Counted from the first letter of the stretch, positions 12,961-26,595 are shown. The stretch is 64,000 nucleotides of DNA from Podarcis melisellensis (GCA_964234715.1 OZ174280.1), one strand, 5' to 3'. Translations and numbers: made by a program. The notes: generated by a model not told the origin, from the sequence alone.

Positions 12961-13295
12961 TATACCCACCTGTCTATTCCCTAATGCCATAAGACACCAC
13001 AGGAGCAGAACAGATAAGTCACCGCTTCAGACAGCACTGAATTCCAGCAACTGACCTGAAGGAAAGCATGACTCAGCACTTTTGTTATTTTAGATTGGGG
13101 TGTGAAGCTTGGGAGCTTGCTGGACTGCAACTCCCTCATCCCCAGCCAGCATGGCTAATGATCAGAGATAATGGGAGCTGAAGTCCAGCAACATCTGGAG
13201 GGCCACCACATTCTCAACCTCTCCTTTAGATTAAAAGTTTCATTGTAGAAAATGGGGGGGGGGGAGTTGGATAAAGCACCCTGCTGCATTGTAGC

Positions 13296-13555
13296 AGAAG
13301 AAGAAGAAGAAGAAGAAGAGTTTGGATTTGATATCCCGCCTTTCACTCCCTTTAAGGAGTCTCAAAGCGGCTAACAATCTCCTTTCCCTTCCTCCCCCAC
13401 AACAAACACTCTGTGAGGTGAGTGGGGCTGAGAGACTTCAAAGAAGTGTGACTGGCCCAAGGTCACCCAGCAGCTGCATGTGGAGGAGCGGAGACGCGAA
13501 CCCGGTTCCCCAGATTACGAGACTACCGCTCTTAACCACTACACCACACTGGCTC
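13296..13555 (-). mobile_element. Squam3-like tRNA-derived SINE with (CTT)n tail
   Basis: Reverse complement of the 31536-31792 copy; (AGA)n tail on + strand. Confidence 0.85.
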
Positions 13556-13886
13556 AGCCCATCAGAAAACCAGAAGGCACATCACATGACAATGACAGTA
13601 GAGCCAATCCCAATGAGAAAGCCAAATTGCTACAAAATCGTCACGTGACATTGCCAAGGACATCCTGACAGTGCAAAGGAAGAAAATCAGACCAGCTGTC
13701 CTGAACAGTTTGCTGGTGTAAGAACTGTCCTTCAGAACAATGCCACTGAGACAAGCACAGACACCAAGTGTTCTTAATCTTACAATCTGTTCTGTACTGC
13801 TCTTGTGTCTGGCTAGGAAGAAAATGCTGAGAGACTTGAGCCCTCTCGCCTGATCCAATGGAAGGCCTCCATTAAAGAAAGGCCTT

Positions 13887-14190
13887 GGCCACATCCACAA
13901 CGTACATTTAAAGTGGTGCTGTGGTACTGCTTTAAACAGTCATGGCTTCCCCTAAAGAATGCTGGGAGCTGTAATTTGAGAGTGTTGTTAGGAGATGCCC
14001 AGGTGACAATTCCCAGAGTTTTCTTTGAAGGGGGATTGATTGTTAAACCGTTCTGGGAATTAGAGCTCTTGGAGCAAAACTACTAACAACTCTTGGCACT
14101 CTTAACAAACTACAGCTCCCAGGATTCTTTGGGGGGAAGCTGTGACTGTTTAAAGTGGTATGGTAGTGCTTTTGGTGTGTGAATGTGGCC
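13887..14190. mobile_element. Palindromic MITE (possibly PIF/Harbinger-like)
   Basis: ggccacatccac...gtgaatgtggcc termini and long inverted arms (tttaaacagtcatggcttcccc / ggggaagctgtgactgtttaaa). Related copy at ~20255-20604. Confidence 0.7.
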
Positions 14191-15645
14191 CTTGCCTACT
14201 TGAGACTAACCACAGCACGCATTGCTTTTGTCAGGAGCCCTTTCTCCTTCTCTACGATAACAATTGTATGCATAGGTCGTAGCTCCGCCTCCCTTCTCAC
14301 TGTAAAGCCCCAAAGCTGTAAACCTTCCCTGAGTCCTCTAATTACTGAATGTGCTGGAAGTGGGACTGATTCTGTTCAGTTACTGTACTACCACTGCTGT
14401 TCTTCTAGAAAAAGAGGTGCCAGAACTCATCATGAACACCTCCCTCATTCTCTTAGAATGGCAATGGCACCCACCTGAGAGGTGCCAGAATTGGGTTCTG
14501 GCGAGTTCTGGCTTTAAAAAAAAACCTGGTTACTACCCATTTAAACAGGCTAGCCTTAATACTATGAAAAATGTCTATTTACACCCATCACACCAGACAA
14601 AAGCACCTCATTCCACTCAAATATTTACCTGTTCCCTCAGCCATTTCCATTGTTTATGAGGGCCTATGCAGATTTGTAAGTGAAATGTTAATATTTCATG
14701 TGGTTCTTTGTGAGATCCCCACCCTGCCATCTTTGAGCTTAGTGTTTCCCTGTTTTTCACATTGTGTGTATGTGTTCTGATTTGACCTACTTTGCATGTG
14801 AGCGTTCTCTTTACTGAACAGATGACATCTCTTGGATAACTTTGGCAGCAGCGGGGTGGGAGAGGAGGGAGAGAATATATCTATTTAGGGACAATCAAAT
14901 AGATTGTGCAGCTTCTGCAGATTCCGAAGGTTTTTTTTGTTCCCACAGGATTTCGTTTTATTCCCGGAGACATTTGCATTAAAATAGGTTCTTCTCTCTT
15001 TCGGAAGGGTTCATCTGCTTCTGCAGCTTACTCAACACCTGAAGTCAAAAAGCCTCTGTCACATTTCAACCACTTACCCCCCCCCAACCCAACAGCCAGC
15101 TGCACATACACAAAAGGGCTTGATGGCATCTGGCAGGTGATAAGCATCACAAGCAGATATACAGAAACAAATTAAAGAATTGGGAGGCTCTTTCCTTCTC
15201 CTTCCCCACTTCACCTGAGAAAACTTTGTGGAGAAATTGAATTCAAAAGCATTTGTTATGCGTCAGTTACTACAGATGACCGGGATATGACCTAGCCGAA
15301 AGCTGCTTCACACTTTAAACAGCAATCTTGTCTCCAGTTTAAGGTCATATCTGCATGTCCTACAGTAAATATGTAGAGTGTGAAGGGCAGTCCCAGGATC
15401 CTAAGCCAGCTTCCTCCAACCTGGTGCCCTTCAGAAGTTCTGAGCTACAATTCCCATGCACCCTAGCTGTGCAAGCTGGCATAGATGGGTGCTGTACTCA
15501 AAAACATGTGGAGAGCTCCAGGTTGGCAAGACTGCCCTAAACACTTGGCAGCACATGCTAGTCAGTTGCAGCCCTTAGACCCTTGCCCACTTCATGCTTA
15601 GGGGCACATGTTGAGATTTACGCATTGCAGGAGGTTGGACTAGAT

Positions 15646-15774
15646 CAGGCATAGGCAAACTCGGCCCTCCAGATGTTTTGGCACTACATCATCTCTAGCT
15701 AACAGGACCAGTGGTAAGGGATGATGGGAACTGTAGTCTCAAAACATCTGGAGGGCTGAGTTTGCCTGTGTCTG
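15646..15774. mobile_element. hAT-type hairpin MITE inserted in a CR1 3' end
   Basis: caggcataggcaaactc / gagtttgcctgtgtctg TIRs, 8-bp TSD gactagat / gaccagat. Same family as 492-613. Confidence 0.85.
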
Positions 15775-15957
15775 GACCAGATGACCCATGGGATCCCTTC
15801 CAACTCTGCAATTCTACAATTCTTTGAGCACGCATTCCGTGTGCAGAAGCCAAACAGACTTGCAGCTGAATCTTAATTCAGCACTGGCAATAGGACAGCG
15901 CCCAAGGCCAAAAGACTCTGTTGGGGTGCAAGGCTGGCTGCACAGCACAAACAAGGA

Positions 15958-16140
15958 AAAGCTGTGGCTCAGTGGCCGAACATCTGCTTTGCATGCTGAA
16001 GTCCCAGTTTTAATCCCTGACATTGCCAGGAAGGGCTGGGGAAAGACTCCCTGAAATCCTAGAGAGCATCTGCCGGACACTGTAGACAATAGTAATGGGC
16101 CAATGGTCTGACTCAATATAAGGCAGCTTCATATATTCCT
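15958..16140 (+). mobile_element. tRNA(Ala)-like SINE with CR1-type tail (other copies ~17175-17317 -, 29380-29535 +, 43145-43275 +, 45750-45895 +, 63080-63200 -)
   Basis: gctgtggctcagtgg..ctttgcatgc head and ccaatggtctgactca.tataaggcagcttc 3' end, recurring in the window. Confidence 0.7.
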
Positions 16141-17316
16141 CCAACGCTTTGCTGCTTCACCGTGGTCCCAAGCATCTGTTGTCTGAATGGTTGCCTCACT
16201 TTGCCCAATCAGTTCTGCTGTTGAGAATTTCACTAACACAAGAGGTAAAGGGGGGAGAAGAAAGCCAGATACAGTGTTGTGGGGAGGGTGAGAGAAAGGC
16301 CTTGTCTCCTTAGAAGCACCCGGCAAAGGCAAAACAAATCCTACATTGTAGTTTATTTCTATGCTGCCTTCTGGCCAAAAAGGCCTTCAAAGCAGCTCAC
16401 AAAGGTTAACACACGAAGTCAACGTTCTTTCAAACAAAATACAACTTAGCCCAAATATAAATCAGCAGGATCTCAACAACGACATTAGCACAAAGAACCT
16501 AAACACAAAACATCCTTTCCCATGCCTGAAAGCAGAAACTAGTCTGCCCATTCCCCAGCAAAATGGCAAAACAGAGCACAAAAATCTTCCCAAAGGGTTA
16601 CTGTACCTGAGGCAGACACTCATGAGCAGCCACTTTCCAGACAGCAGCTCATTACAAGGGTCCCAGGCAAAGCAGAGCAGGTTCATCCCAATGTTTTCAA
16701 GCACAGTCTCTCCCCAAAGGCTGGTGGAGACGGAACCTGCAATGTGTAGGACAGTGATGGCAAACAAATACACACAAAGCGTGTAACACGGTGTTGCAAA
16801 CAAACACAGAAACTCAGAAAATTAAAGGTGGTTAAGTTTTTGCACAATTAAGTGATGCTTAATTGGGGGGTTTTAAGGACCATATTCTTTTGTTCACCAT
16901 TACATTGCACCTGTAGGACACAGTTCTCCCATCTAGAAATATACTTCTATATCGCTCTGCCTGAATATTCTTTCTGGTGCCACCACTGATTGCAAGGGAA
17001 GCTGCAGCTATTCTGTCGTCCTCAATAAGGGACATAAACATGCCCTGCCATTTTTCTCCTAGGGAGAAAAATAGCAAGTCTCAACAGGTGGGGAGGATGG
17101 AAGGGGGACGTTGTTGGACCATTGTAGCCAGAGAAGGAATGCAACAGGCTCCCTAATCCTTCTTGAGTTCTTCCTTCTTCCTCCACATGTCCATCAACTC
17201 AGTACTGTCTGCTTTGACTGGCAGCAGCTCTCCAGACATATAGGAGTCTGGAAGATGCCAGGGATTGAGCCTGGTATCTTCTGCATGCAAAGCATATGCT
17301 GTACCCCTGAGCTTTG

Positions 17317-17355
<39 letters not shown>

Positions 17356-17487
17356 CATATATATATGGGGATTCTGGTGCCACCTACAGTGGGCCTTCTG
17401 GAGCCCAGAACTCCCAGGAATTGCCCAACCATGCCAACAATGGGCCTATGCAATACACCAAAGAGCATAAGAAGGGCCTACTGGATC

Positions 17488-19526
17488 TGTCGGAGTGAAA
17501 CAATATAAACTCAAAGCTTTTGCAGATGACCTAGTTTTGACCCTGCAGGAGCCAGAATTTAGCACGAAAAGAGTACTACAATTAATTCAAGACTTTGGTC
17601 GGGTAGCGGGATTTAAATTAAACAAGCAGAAAACTAAGGTATTGGGGGGAAAACTTGACAGATGCAGAGTCAGAACGGTTTCAGAGAGAGACAGAGTTAA
17701 ATGTGGTTAAAAAGGTAAAATACCTAGGGGTAAACATAACAGCAAAAAACTTGAGTCTATTTAAGGACAACTATGAGAAATGTTGGTCAGAAATTAAGAG
17801 AGATTTAGATAGTTGGACAAGACTGAAACTTTCCTTGTTAGGCCGAATTGCTGCTATTAAGATGAACGTATTGCCAAAAATGTTGTTTTTGTTTCAAACA
17901 TTACAGATTGTGGACAAGACAGAGTGCTTTCGGAAGTGGCAGAGAGATATTTCTAAATTTGTCTGGCAGGGCAAAAAGCCCAGAATTAAGTTTAAGATAT
18001 TAACAGACGTGAAAGAAAGAGGGGGCTTTGCCCTGCCAGACTTAAGGCTGTACTATGAATCAGCAGCTTTCTGCTGGTTAAAAGACTGGCTACTTCTTGA
18101 AGACACTGATGTATTGGATTTGGAAGGTTTAACAATGCTTTCGGTTGGCATGCATATTTATGGTATGACAAGGTTAAGATCAACAAGGTTTTCAAGAACC
18201 ATATTGTCAGAAAAGCAGTGTTTAATGTCTGGACAAAATATAAAGACTTACTGGAAAATAAAACTCCAAGGTGGCTTTCACCATTTGAAGCTAAGGCCCG
18301 AAAAAGACTCAACATGGAGGCCAATTGGCCAAAGTATTGGGAAATACTAGAAAAAGATGGAGATAATTGGAAATTGCAGAGTATGGAGAAAATGAGAGAT
18401 AAAGTGCGAGATTGGTTACATTACGCTCAGATTAAGGAAGTTTTTAAACTTGACAAAAAGTTAGGGTTTCAGGTGGAGAAATCGAAGTTGGAAACGGAAT
18501 TATTAGAGCCTAAGACTAAGGTACTTTCAAGAATGTATAACTTGCTGTTAAAATGGAACACACAAGATGAAACGGTAAAATCGGCTATGATAAAGTGGGC
18601 ACAGGACATTGGGCATAATATTATGTTTGAGGACTGGGAAAGGTTGTGGACTACTGGGTTGAATTTCACTGCATGCAATGCTTTGAAAGAAAATGTAATG
18701 AAAATGATATATAGATGGTACATGACCCCAGTCAAACTTGCAAAAATATACCACTTGTCTGATAATAAATGTTGGAAACGTAAAGAAAATGAAGGAACAT
18801 TTTTTCACCTCTGGTGGACCTGCCCTAAAGTGAAGGCTTTCTGGGAGATGATATATAATGAGCTGAAAAAGGTATTTAAGTATACCTTCCTTAAGAAACC
18901 AGAGGCCTTCCTCTTGGGTATTGTCGGCCAGAGGGTGTTAAAAAAGGACCGAACTTTCTTTCTGTATGCAACAACGGCAGCAAGGATACTTGTAGCTAAG
19001 CACTGGAAAACCCAAGATTTACCCACACTGGAAGAATGGCAGATGCAACTGATAGAATATATGGAACTGGCTGAGATGACTGGCAGAATCCGAGACCTGG
19101 GAGAGGAGAGGGTTGAAGAAGATTGGAAGAAATTCAAGATTTACCTACAGAAACATTGTAACTTGGTTGAATGTTAAGAAGGATGCTAGATCATGAATAA
19201 TTTGGCACCACTAAATTAGATGGAGTTATGAAGATAAGTAAGATTTAGGGGAATTTTTTTTTTCTGTTGGATAATTATTGGATCATATTTAAAACTTTAG
19301 GGATTTGAACACAGGGTATCTGAAATCAGAGAAGCAACAAGAGAAAGTTAGAAGATTGGAAATAAGGTGATAAATTGCTGGGAAATATTATTGGGATGAA
19401 AGTGGGAGCGGGAGACGTGAGGGAGTCCAAAGAAGCTATGAAACTATGTCAAGATATATGTGATATTGTTTATTTTTGTGTATTGTATTTAAAAAATGCC
19501 AATAAATATTTTTTTTAAAAAAAAAG
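17488..19526 (+). mobile_element. 5'-truncated L1-clade LINE with poly(A) tail and 19-bp TSD
   Basis: TSD aagaagggcctactggatc at 17469-17487 and 19527-19545; AATAAA at 19501; A-tail; ORF2 fragments. Confidence 0.93.
17489..19177 (+). pseudogene. L1 ORF2 C-terminal half (RT FADD motif to cysteine-rich domain), two frameshifts
   Basis: KAFADDLV (FADD at 17519-17530), KYLGV, LSLLGRIAAIKMNVLPK, GGFALPDL, C-x2-(R)-x8-H-x4-C-like motif. Frameshifts near 17650 and 18130; stop at 19177. Confidence 0.9.
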
Positions 19527-20254
19527 AAGAAGGGCCTACTGGATCAGGCCAGTAGTCCATCTAGTCCAGCATCCTGTTCTTACAGTAGCCAGACAGGTGC
19601 CCATGAAAAAATTGCAAGTAGGACCTGAGCACAAGAGCACATTTGAGCTACACTGCACCAAGCCTGAAACCACCCAGAAGGAGAAATGGAATGAGATCAC
19701 AGAGGAGCAGTATCAACAGCAATCCCTGAAATGAGGAGGGGATAGAGAAACCCCAGAAGACTGATGTCTTCCTTTGCAATCAAGAGAAAATACCCCTGAT
19801 GCTGAGAGGAACTGCACAGGGAGATAATGAGAAAGCTGGAGGAAGACCTGTTGTACAATGAATTGTTATAAGTAGAGGTTTTTTTTCTATTTTTATCCCT
19901 GTGATTAGATTCTGAACTCTTTGAATCATCATTCATGTAACACCCTAGAAGCAAGCTACAGCCTCAGCTGAATGCTGCATTAAGTGTTCCTGGCTAATTT
20001 GGGGAGTATTTGAAATCATGTGTGTAGGCAGACCTACGTCAGACATACCACGGTTGTAATTCTTTTTTAACTTCTGAAATGAGAAGAATTGCTCGTTTTG
20101 TTATCAACGCATCCTTTGCTCCTTATCTGACAATTTATTAATATATTGCAATGTTGACTGATCTAGCTAATCTTAGCTGACTATTATGTATTTATAGATA
20201 CGGATATATTTGTATCAAACCCGGCACAATCCAAAAACTTACATCAGGACTAAA

Positions 20255-20604
20255 TCCCCATTGGCACTACATTTAAAGCAGCATCAAACCATTTTTAGCA
20301 GTCATGGCTCTCCCCCCCCCCCCAAAAAAAAAAATTCTGGAAAGTATAGTTTGTTAAGGTCATTGACAGTTGATAGGAGATCCCTGTTCCCACCACAGAG
20401 CTGCAATTCTCAGAGGTCACTGGAAAGAGGGATACACTTTTCAGCCACTTTGGGAATTGTAGCTCTGTGAGGGGAGTGGGGTTAACAATTCTCTTAACAA
20501 TTCTCAGCATCCTAATAAACTACAATGCCCAGAATTCTTTGGGGGAAGCCATGCCTGTTTAAAATATCACCACGGTGCTTTAAATGTACAATGCAGATGG
20601 GCCT
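20255..20604. mobile_element. Palindromic MITE, same family as 13887-14190
   Basis: Shared arms (gtcatggct..cccc / gggggaagccatg, catttaaagc / gctttaaatg). Confidence 0.65.
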
Positions 20605-21031
20605 GAGAACTGGTCTATGCATGACTTGGAACGAGGTGGTAAAATTCTGGACTATGCTACTTAAGTCTGCAAGCGGGGGGTGGTGATATTTCTGAATGCT
20701 CCTCGTGTGAAAGAACTCACTGCACTAAAACCATGTCAGATAGAGAACTCTGCCAAACCTTTCTCCTGGTGTGCTAACTTACTGAATAGTCACAAGGTTG
20801 TGGGGAAGATCATTCAGAGATATCACCTGCCCCTACTTGAGTCTGAACTGAATTCTGCCATCTTGTTCTGCCTTGTATATCAGCAGGTCTGTATAAATCC
20901 TATTAAAATCCGTTGAAATCTAAGTTCCATTCCGTTCCATTCCATTCATCTGGACAGAGCAGCTATGGACTAGCTTTTTGTAGCATCACTGGGCAGTGTT
21001 TAGCACTGACGTTTTGGTTTTGGTGGGGGTT

Positions 21032-21066
<35 letters not shown>
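21032..21066. repeat. (GTT)n microsatellite
   Basis: Direct observation. Confidence 0.95.
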
Positions 21067-21067
<1 letters not shown>

Positions 21068-23637
21068 GAAGTTACCAGGGCAGAAGCAAACTAGAATAGC
21101 CAGTTTGGTGCTCAAGTTCTAAGAATGTAACATTGCTTACCACTTCTCAATAAAGCCACTTTCTAAACTCAACAGTATTTATAAAGCTTTCTCATTCTGC
21201 AGTCAGAGAAGGTGGTGGGTGTTGCTCTCAGGAAGCACAACAGAACCAGGCTGCATCTTGTAGTGGCTCTTTCATACTGTTACATTGCGCATGCACACAT
21301 TTGTCCAGGCCACCAGATGGAGATGTTGGAGTCTTAGAGATGATTAAAGATTGCTGTGCTCCTGGGATTTTTCTCTCTCAATATGCACAGGCAACTTTCA
21401 TGTTTGACTTGGCTCCTTAGATATTTGCAGTTGCCTGGGTCTTTATTCTTCTTTTACATTAGGCAGCAATGGGCACGGAATAAAAGATTCAGGATGTGGC
21501 AGGGCTTAACTCAAATGCCCTGTGGACTCCTTGTCCTCTTAAGGCAAGAGGGCAAGACAAGACATTTTGCTGCCTGAGATTGAACAGCAGTGACTCCTCT
21601 CTGCCAAATCAAGCTGCATAGTACCCAAGGGTGGTCAATTTATCTGTGCACCTAAAACAGAAAATCCCAAAAAAGCACCATCCCCTGGAAGTAAATATAC
21701 AACAATAATAAATCAAATTTGCTGCTCTCTCGTGGCACCCAAAATCAGCTGCCTTACTCTGTCTAACGGTGCAGCTGCAAAATATATTCTGTAGGGTGGA
21801 ATGTGTTCCACTTTACAGGATTTGAAAGGCTGCAGTGGACAGTCTCTGTTTGAAGGGATGCTTGGGGAAGGTAGATTTAAAGATAAAGAGCCTTTAAAAA
21901 AGACAGCCTGGAAGCTGTCCATCATCAGCACCTGGACAGCAGTCTGAACAGACACAATGGTCACTTGGTCACTATGGCCTTCCTCACCATGATAAGATGC
22001 ATTTTTTAAATACTGTGTGTAATTTTTTTATGTTAACATATCAAGAACAAAAATTCCAACGAATAACATTACAACAAATTAAAAGCCTTACAATAAATTG
22101 AAGACAGCATATGGTTGTACATTGTCATTGTACGTGTTAGATCAGGAAAAAAAATCCATCTCTCCATAAACTTATGGGGCTGATTTACATGTGTTTGCTT
22201 ATGGGAGGTTGAGGTTGATCAGCATCACAATGGACCAGATATTTTGTAATTCAGTGTATTATGTTTCTCTTTAAACTAAAGCAATTGTTTCTGAATTTGC
22301 ATCTATACATATTAATTATGTGCAAATTGTACGCAGATCTGTACCAACCTTTGTTCTCTTTTTGCTGATGCATTAACTCTTTTTTGGTACTGCATAGCAT
22401 AGAAACATAAGAAGCTGCCTTATGTTGAGTCAGATCATTGGTCTCTCTGCCAAATCAAATTTTGGAGGGCCGAATCGCCCATACTACACCCTAACTTCCT
22501 GCTCTTTCGCTTCTTTTAAAACAGTCATCCACATCTGTGTCAGGAATCTTCTTTTCATATTGTGTAATGGGCATGGTTCATGTATTCTCTCCTTTTCTCA
22601 TTTCTCTGTTATTTTGCTTCCTCAGAATCACAGGAGGAAAGGAAAGAAGAGAAAGGAGACCTGTGGTATGCATGGGCTGCTATATTAGGGAACGTGCCTT
22701 CCAGATGTTTTGGACTCCAAGTTCCGATCACCACTGGTGACAGGCTGTGCTGGCAATGGGAACTGGAGTCCACAACATCTGGAGGACAGAGAGCAAAGGA
22801 CACAGAGGCCAGTTTGTCTACTAGGAAAGGAACACAACATGCCGCAAGCGGAGGCTGCAAAAACAGCAAAGCCTACTGTAATCAGATTATCCACATCTTG
22901 AATTCTCAAGGCAGCTGATTTGGAGAGTGCAATGAGGTGTTGCGGTAAGGGAATATCATGCCAGTTCAGTGGATCAGTCTGTGACTATCACCTGAGCTAT
23001 TTTGCATGTTGTGTTTAGGATTTGCATTTAGTATATATCCTGCTGCGTCCCTCTTTCTGTCAGGATTCAAAACATTGTGCTTTCTTGGCACAGCTGGAGT
23101 GTCCGGTGTAGGAACTTGTGAGGTTCAGTGGTGACTGGTGCCCCCTGGCAGTGGGGGGAAGCAGAAAGACCAATGGTAGGTGGAGCCAGAGCCAATGACA
23201 GGCAGAGCCAGCTACAGTGCAGATCTGTACAATCACCAACTCAGAAGTAAACCCCATTGCATTTATTGGAAGTTGTAAGTACACGTATATAGAACTGCAC
23301 CCTTGGGGACTCTTTACTATAAAAGACTCTCTCATACGTAATAAAGCTAGGAACATACGCTTTTCCTTTCTCAAGAAACGTACTGTCTTCCAAAGCCTTT
23401 CTGTTGCAAATTAAATAGCTGCTTTCATGCAGTATGTTGAAAGTATGCTGAGAGTTGAGTTTCGCTTCTGGTCCCTGCCCCATCCTTTTTTATTTGCCCT
23501 GAACGCTGCCTCTTTGAAAGAGCTCACACTGACATTCTGCAACCTTGTTTGAAAATGAGCCGAGTTTAGCTTGCAGAAGAGCCATTTTATCTGTGAGCAA
23601 TTCTGGTGGGGTATCTGTGTTAGTCCACGGCAGTGAA

Positions 23638-23726
23638 AGCAACAAAGAGTCTTGTAGCACCTTAAAAGCACAACAGATTTATTATGTTACAAGCTTTCAT
23701 GGGTCAGAGCCTTCTTCATCAAATGC
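23638..23726 (-). mobile_element. Penelope-like terminal fragment with decayed hammerhead motif
   Basis: aacaaagagtcttgtagcacctta...aagctttcatggg...cttcatcaaatgc. Confidence 0.65.
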
Positions 23727-26219
23727 TCGCCAATGTGGATAAGCAATAACACACTGCATTTAGAGAAAAGATGTGGTTTTTTATGTTTTTAAAATAAAGC
23801 AGAGGCAAAGCTTCTGCTAGGACAGGGGGAGGGCACCTGTGGCCCTCCAGGTGTTGTTAGACTCCAATTCCCATCAGCCTCAGCCAGCATGGTCAATAGT
23901 CAGGGATGATGGGAGTTTGAGTCCAACATCTGGAGAGTCACAGGTTCCCTATGTCTGTCCTAGGGGAGTATTCATCCTGAAATTGGGGGTGGCGGGTGTG
24001 TAGAAGTTGAATGTAGAATGCATTATAGAATGTATTATAGCCCATAATTCCAAATGGCATTTTAAATTGAAATGAGTGTTAACAGGGCTGAACCAGACAG
24101 AGACTGGGACTATAACACAGGCAGATACTTGGCAGAACAACCCAATGTGGGATGGGAATCCATACTGGAGAACCCACGCTTCCACAACTCTGCTGGGTTT
24201 GTTGGTTTGTTTTTTTCTATTTTTCCTAACAGATTCTTTTAAAAAGAGTGTGTGTGTGTGTGTGTATACACACACACACAGCAAAACAAAGCTGAAAAAG
24301 AGGTGCTTTCTCTGTTATAACTACATCAAGTGTTGTTTTAACTAGAACTACATTACTTCTGAAAATGGCTGATCCAGGGCTGAACCTGTCTAGAGAATAT
24401 GTGAGCTTTAGGCTGTCTTGACACCCCCCCCCCCAGAAACACCCTTTTTTGTTCTAGCATCTCTCAGAACACTGAGGATCAGCAGCAATGGTGGAGCTTT
24501 CTTACCCATGCCAGGGAGATCTCTGACTTCTAGCTACAGCCAGGGACGTCATTCTCCAGCCATGGAGATGGTCTGCAGTATCCAAAGGGATAGATCCCAG
24601 TTGTCCTTCCTGGGAGCTTAGGATTTCTCCCTGAAAAACATGCCAATTAAATATGTGATAATGCCAGATACCTACCTCTCAGGAGCAAAATTAAGAAGGC
24701 AAAAGGAAGGACTAAGATGTACATAAATTGAAAGACTTCAGGGCTTATTTCAACAGTTTTCTTCTTCATCGGGGGAGAAATTGGCACCCAGTATGATTGA
24801 AATTAAACACACACAAAGCCCTTTTATCAGAAATAACCAGTGTGTGACTTAAACCTTCGCTCACAAACCTTGATGAATTTGCAAGCTGTAGGGATCATGG
24901 ATTTGAGAAAATTAATTTTATGCTTTTCATCCTCCCAAATTTTTAAAAAAAGAAAATGGAAGAAAATGATTTTTCTCCTTTGTGCCTCTCTGGAATGCAT
25001 CATAGATTGCAAAACGGAATTGAAATGTAATGAAAACAACATAATCTGTCTCGGGGGGGGGTCTGCTTTGTGAAAAGCCTGCTTCCCCTTCTGCCCTACT
25101 GGGGTGGCTGCCAAAAGGGTAGGGAAAGGACAAGGAGAAGACAGCCAAGACTTCCAGACTCCATCCCAGTAAGCAAGAAGCTAGATGGTCTTGACTATCT
25201 GACTTAATTCAAGTACTTGCCCCACTTCATCAGTCATTGCACATCAACAGCCACCTGCCATCATGCCCCAAATACTGGGATCTAGAAATATTTCAGGATT
25301 TATGATCCAAGTGTGTGGAGTCAATGTTTAATTTCTAAAGTAAAAGATGACAGCTTACTTGGAAGAATAGCCATGCCCCTTTTTATAATACCTTTTAATA
25401 CCTCTAAATCACCACTGCCACTGAGCTCTGTTACTAGAAACCTGGCACTCCTGATTTCTAGAGTGGCATGCCTGTGTCTGTATTTATGTGTATAAACACA
25501 CACATATACATACACAGAGATACACACACATGTGGGATCTGCAATGTATCCCCCTTACCTCCAAATAGTAATTCCAGCCTGCCTTGCTCTCCTCCAGAAA
25601 ACTCCATTCCATTTCCTCTTCCCCACATTTCTTTTCCAACAGTCAACATTGCAGGGCTACCAGACATGGTCAGTCATCACTAGACTGTTCGGATGGGGGA
25701 GTTTGCCCTCTTTGATTTTGTTTTTAAAATATGTTTCGTACTTCTCTATACTTTAGGGCAGGCATGGAGAACCTTTGCCCCTCCATAGGTTGCTGTGCTG
25801 TCCATTGGCCATGCTTGCTGGGGCTGATGGGAGTTTTAGCTCAGCAGCATTCGGAGGGTCAAAGGTTCCCCAATTCTGATTGAGGGTTCTCTCAAGTATG
25901 ATGATACCTCCCTCTTGTTTCTCAGTGACCCTGTTTTTGGTTCAAATCCTAATAACACAGTTTAAAAGGCCATGGGTTGTTTAATTAGTGGAAGGCCTAG
26001 GAGAAGGGGAATGTTTTTGCCTAGCACCTAGAGATATGTAACAAGGCACCAGGCAAGCTTCCCTGAGGAGAGCATTCCATAAGTGGGGAGCCACTGCAGA
26101 AAAGGCCCTTTCTTGTGTTGCCACCCTCTGGATGTCTCCTGAAGGAGGCACATGAAGAAGGGCCTCAGATGGTGATCACAGAGTCTGGGTTGGTTCATAA
26201 GGGGAGAGGCTTGTTAACA

Positions 26220-26595
26220 GTACATTTCCGAACACAATTCAAAGTGTTGGTGCTGACCTTTAAAGCCCTAAACGGCCTCGGCCCAGTATACCTGAAGGAG
26301 CGTCTCCGCCCCCATCGTTCTGCCTGGACACTGAGGTTCAGTGCCAAGGGCCTTCTGGCGGTTTCCTCACTGCAAGAAGCCAATTTACAGAGAACCAGGC
26401 AGAGGGCCTTCTCGGTAGTGGCACCCACCCTGTGGAATGCCCTCCCACCAGATGTCAAAGAGAAAAACAACTACCAGACTTTTAGAAAACATCTGAAGGC
26501 AGCCCTGTTTAGGGAAGCCTCCCAGAGTGGCTGGGGAAACCCATCCAGATGGGTGGGGTATAAATAATAAATTAATATTATTATAGTATTATTAT
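26220..26595 (+). mobile_element. Younger L2 3' fragment next to an older minus-strand L2 piece (~26040-26220)
   Basis: VHFRTQFKVLVLTFKALNGLGP...RAFSVVAPTLWNALP in ORF 26115-26567; taaataataa tail. Confidence 0.85.

Noticed and set aside
25215-25240. cccacttcatcag, another possible hammerhead half
   Set aside because: No matching helix II partner or GAAA segment at the right distance
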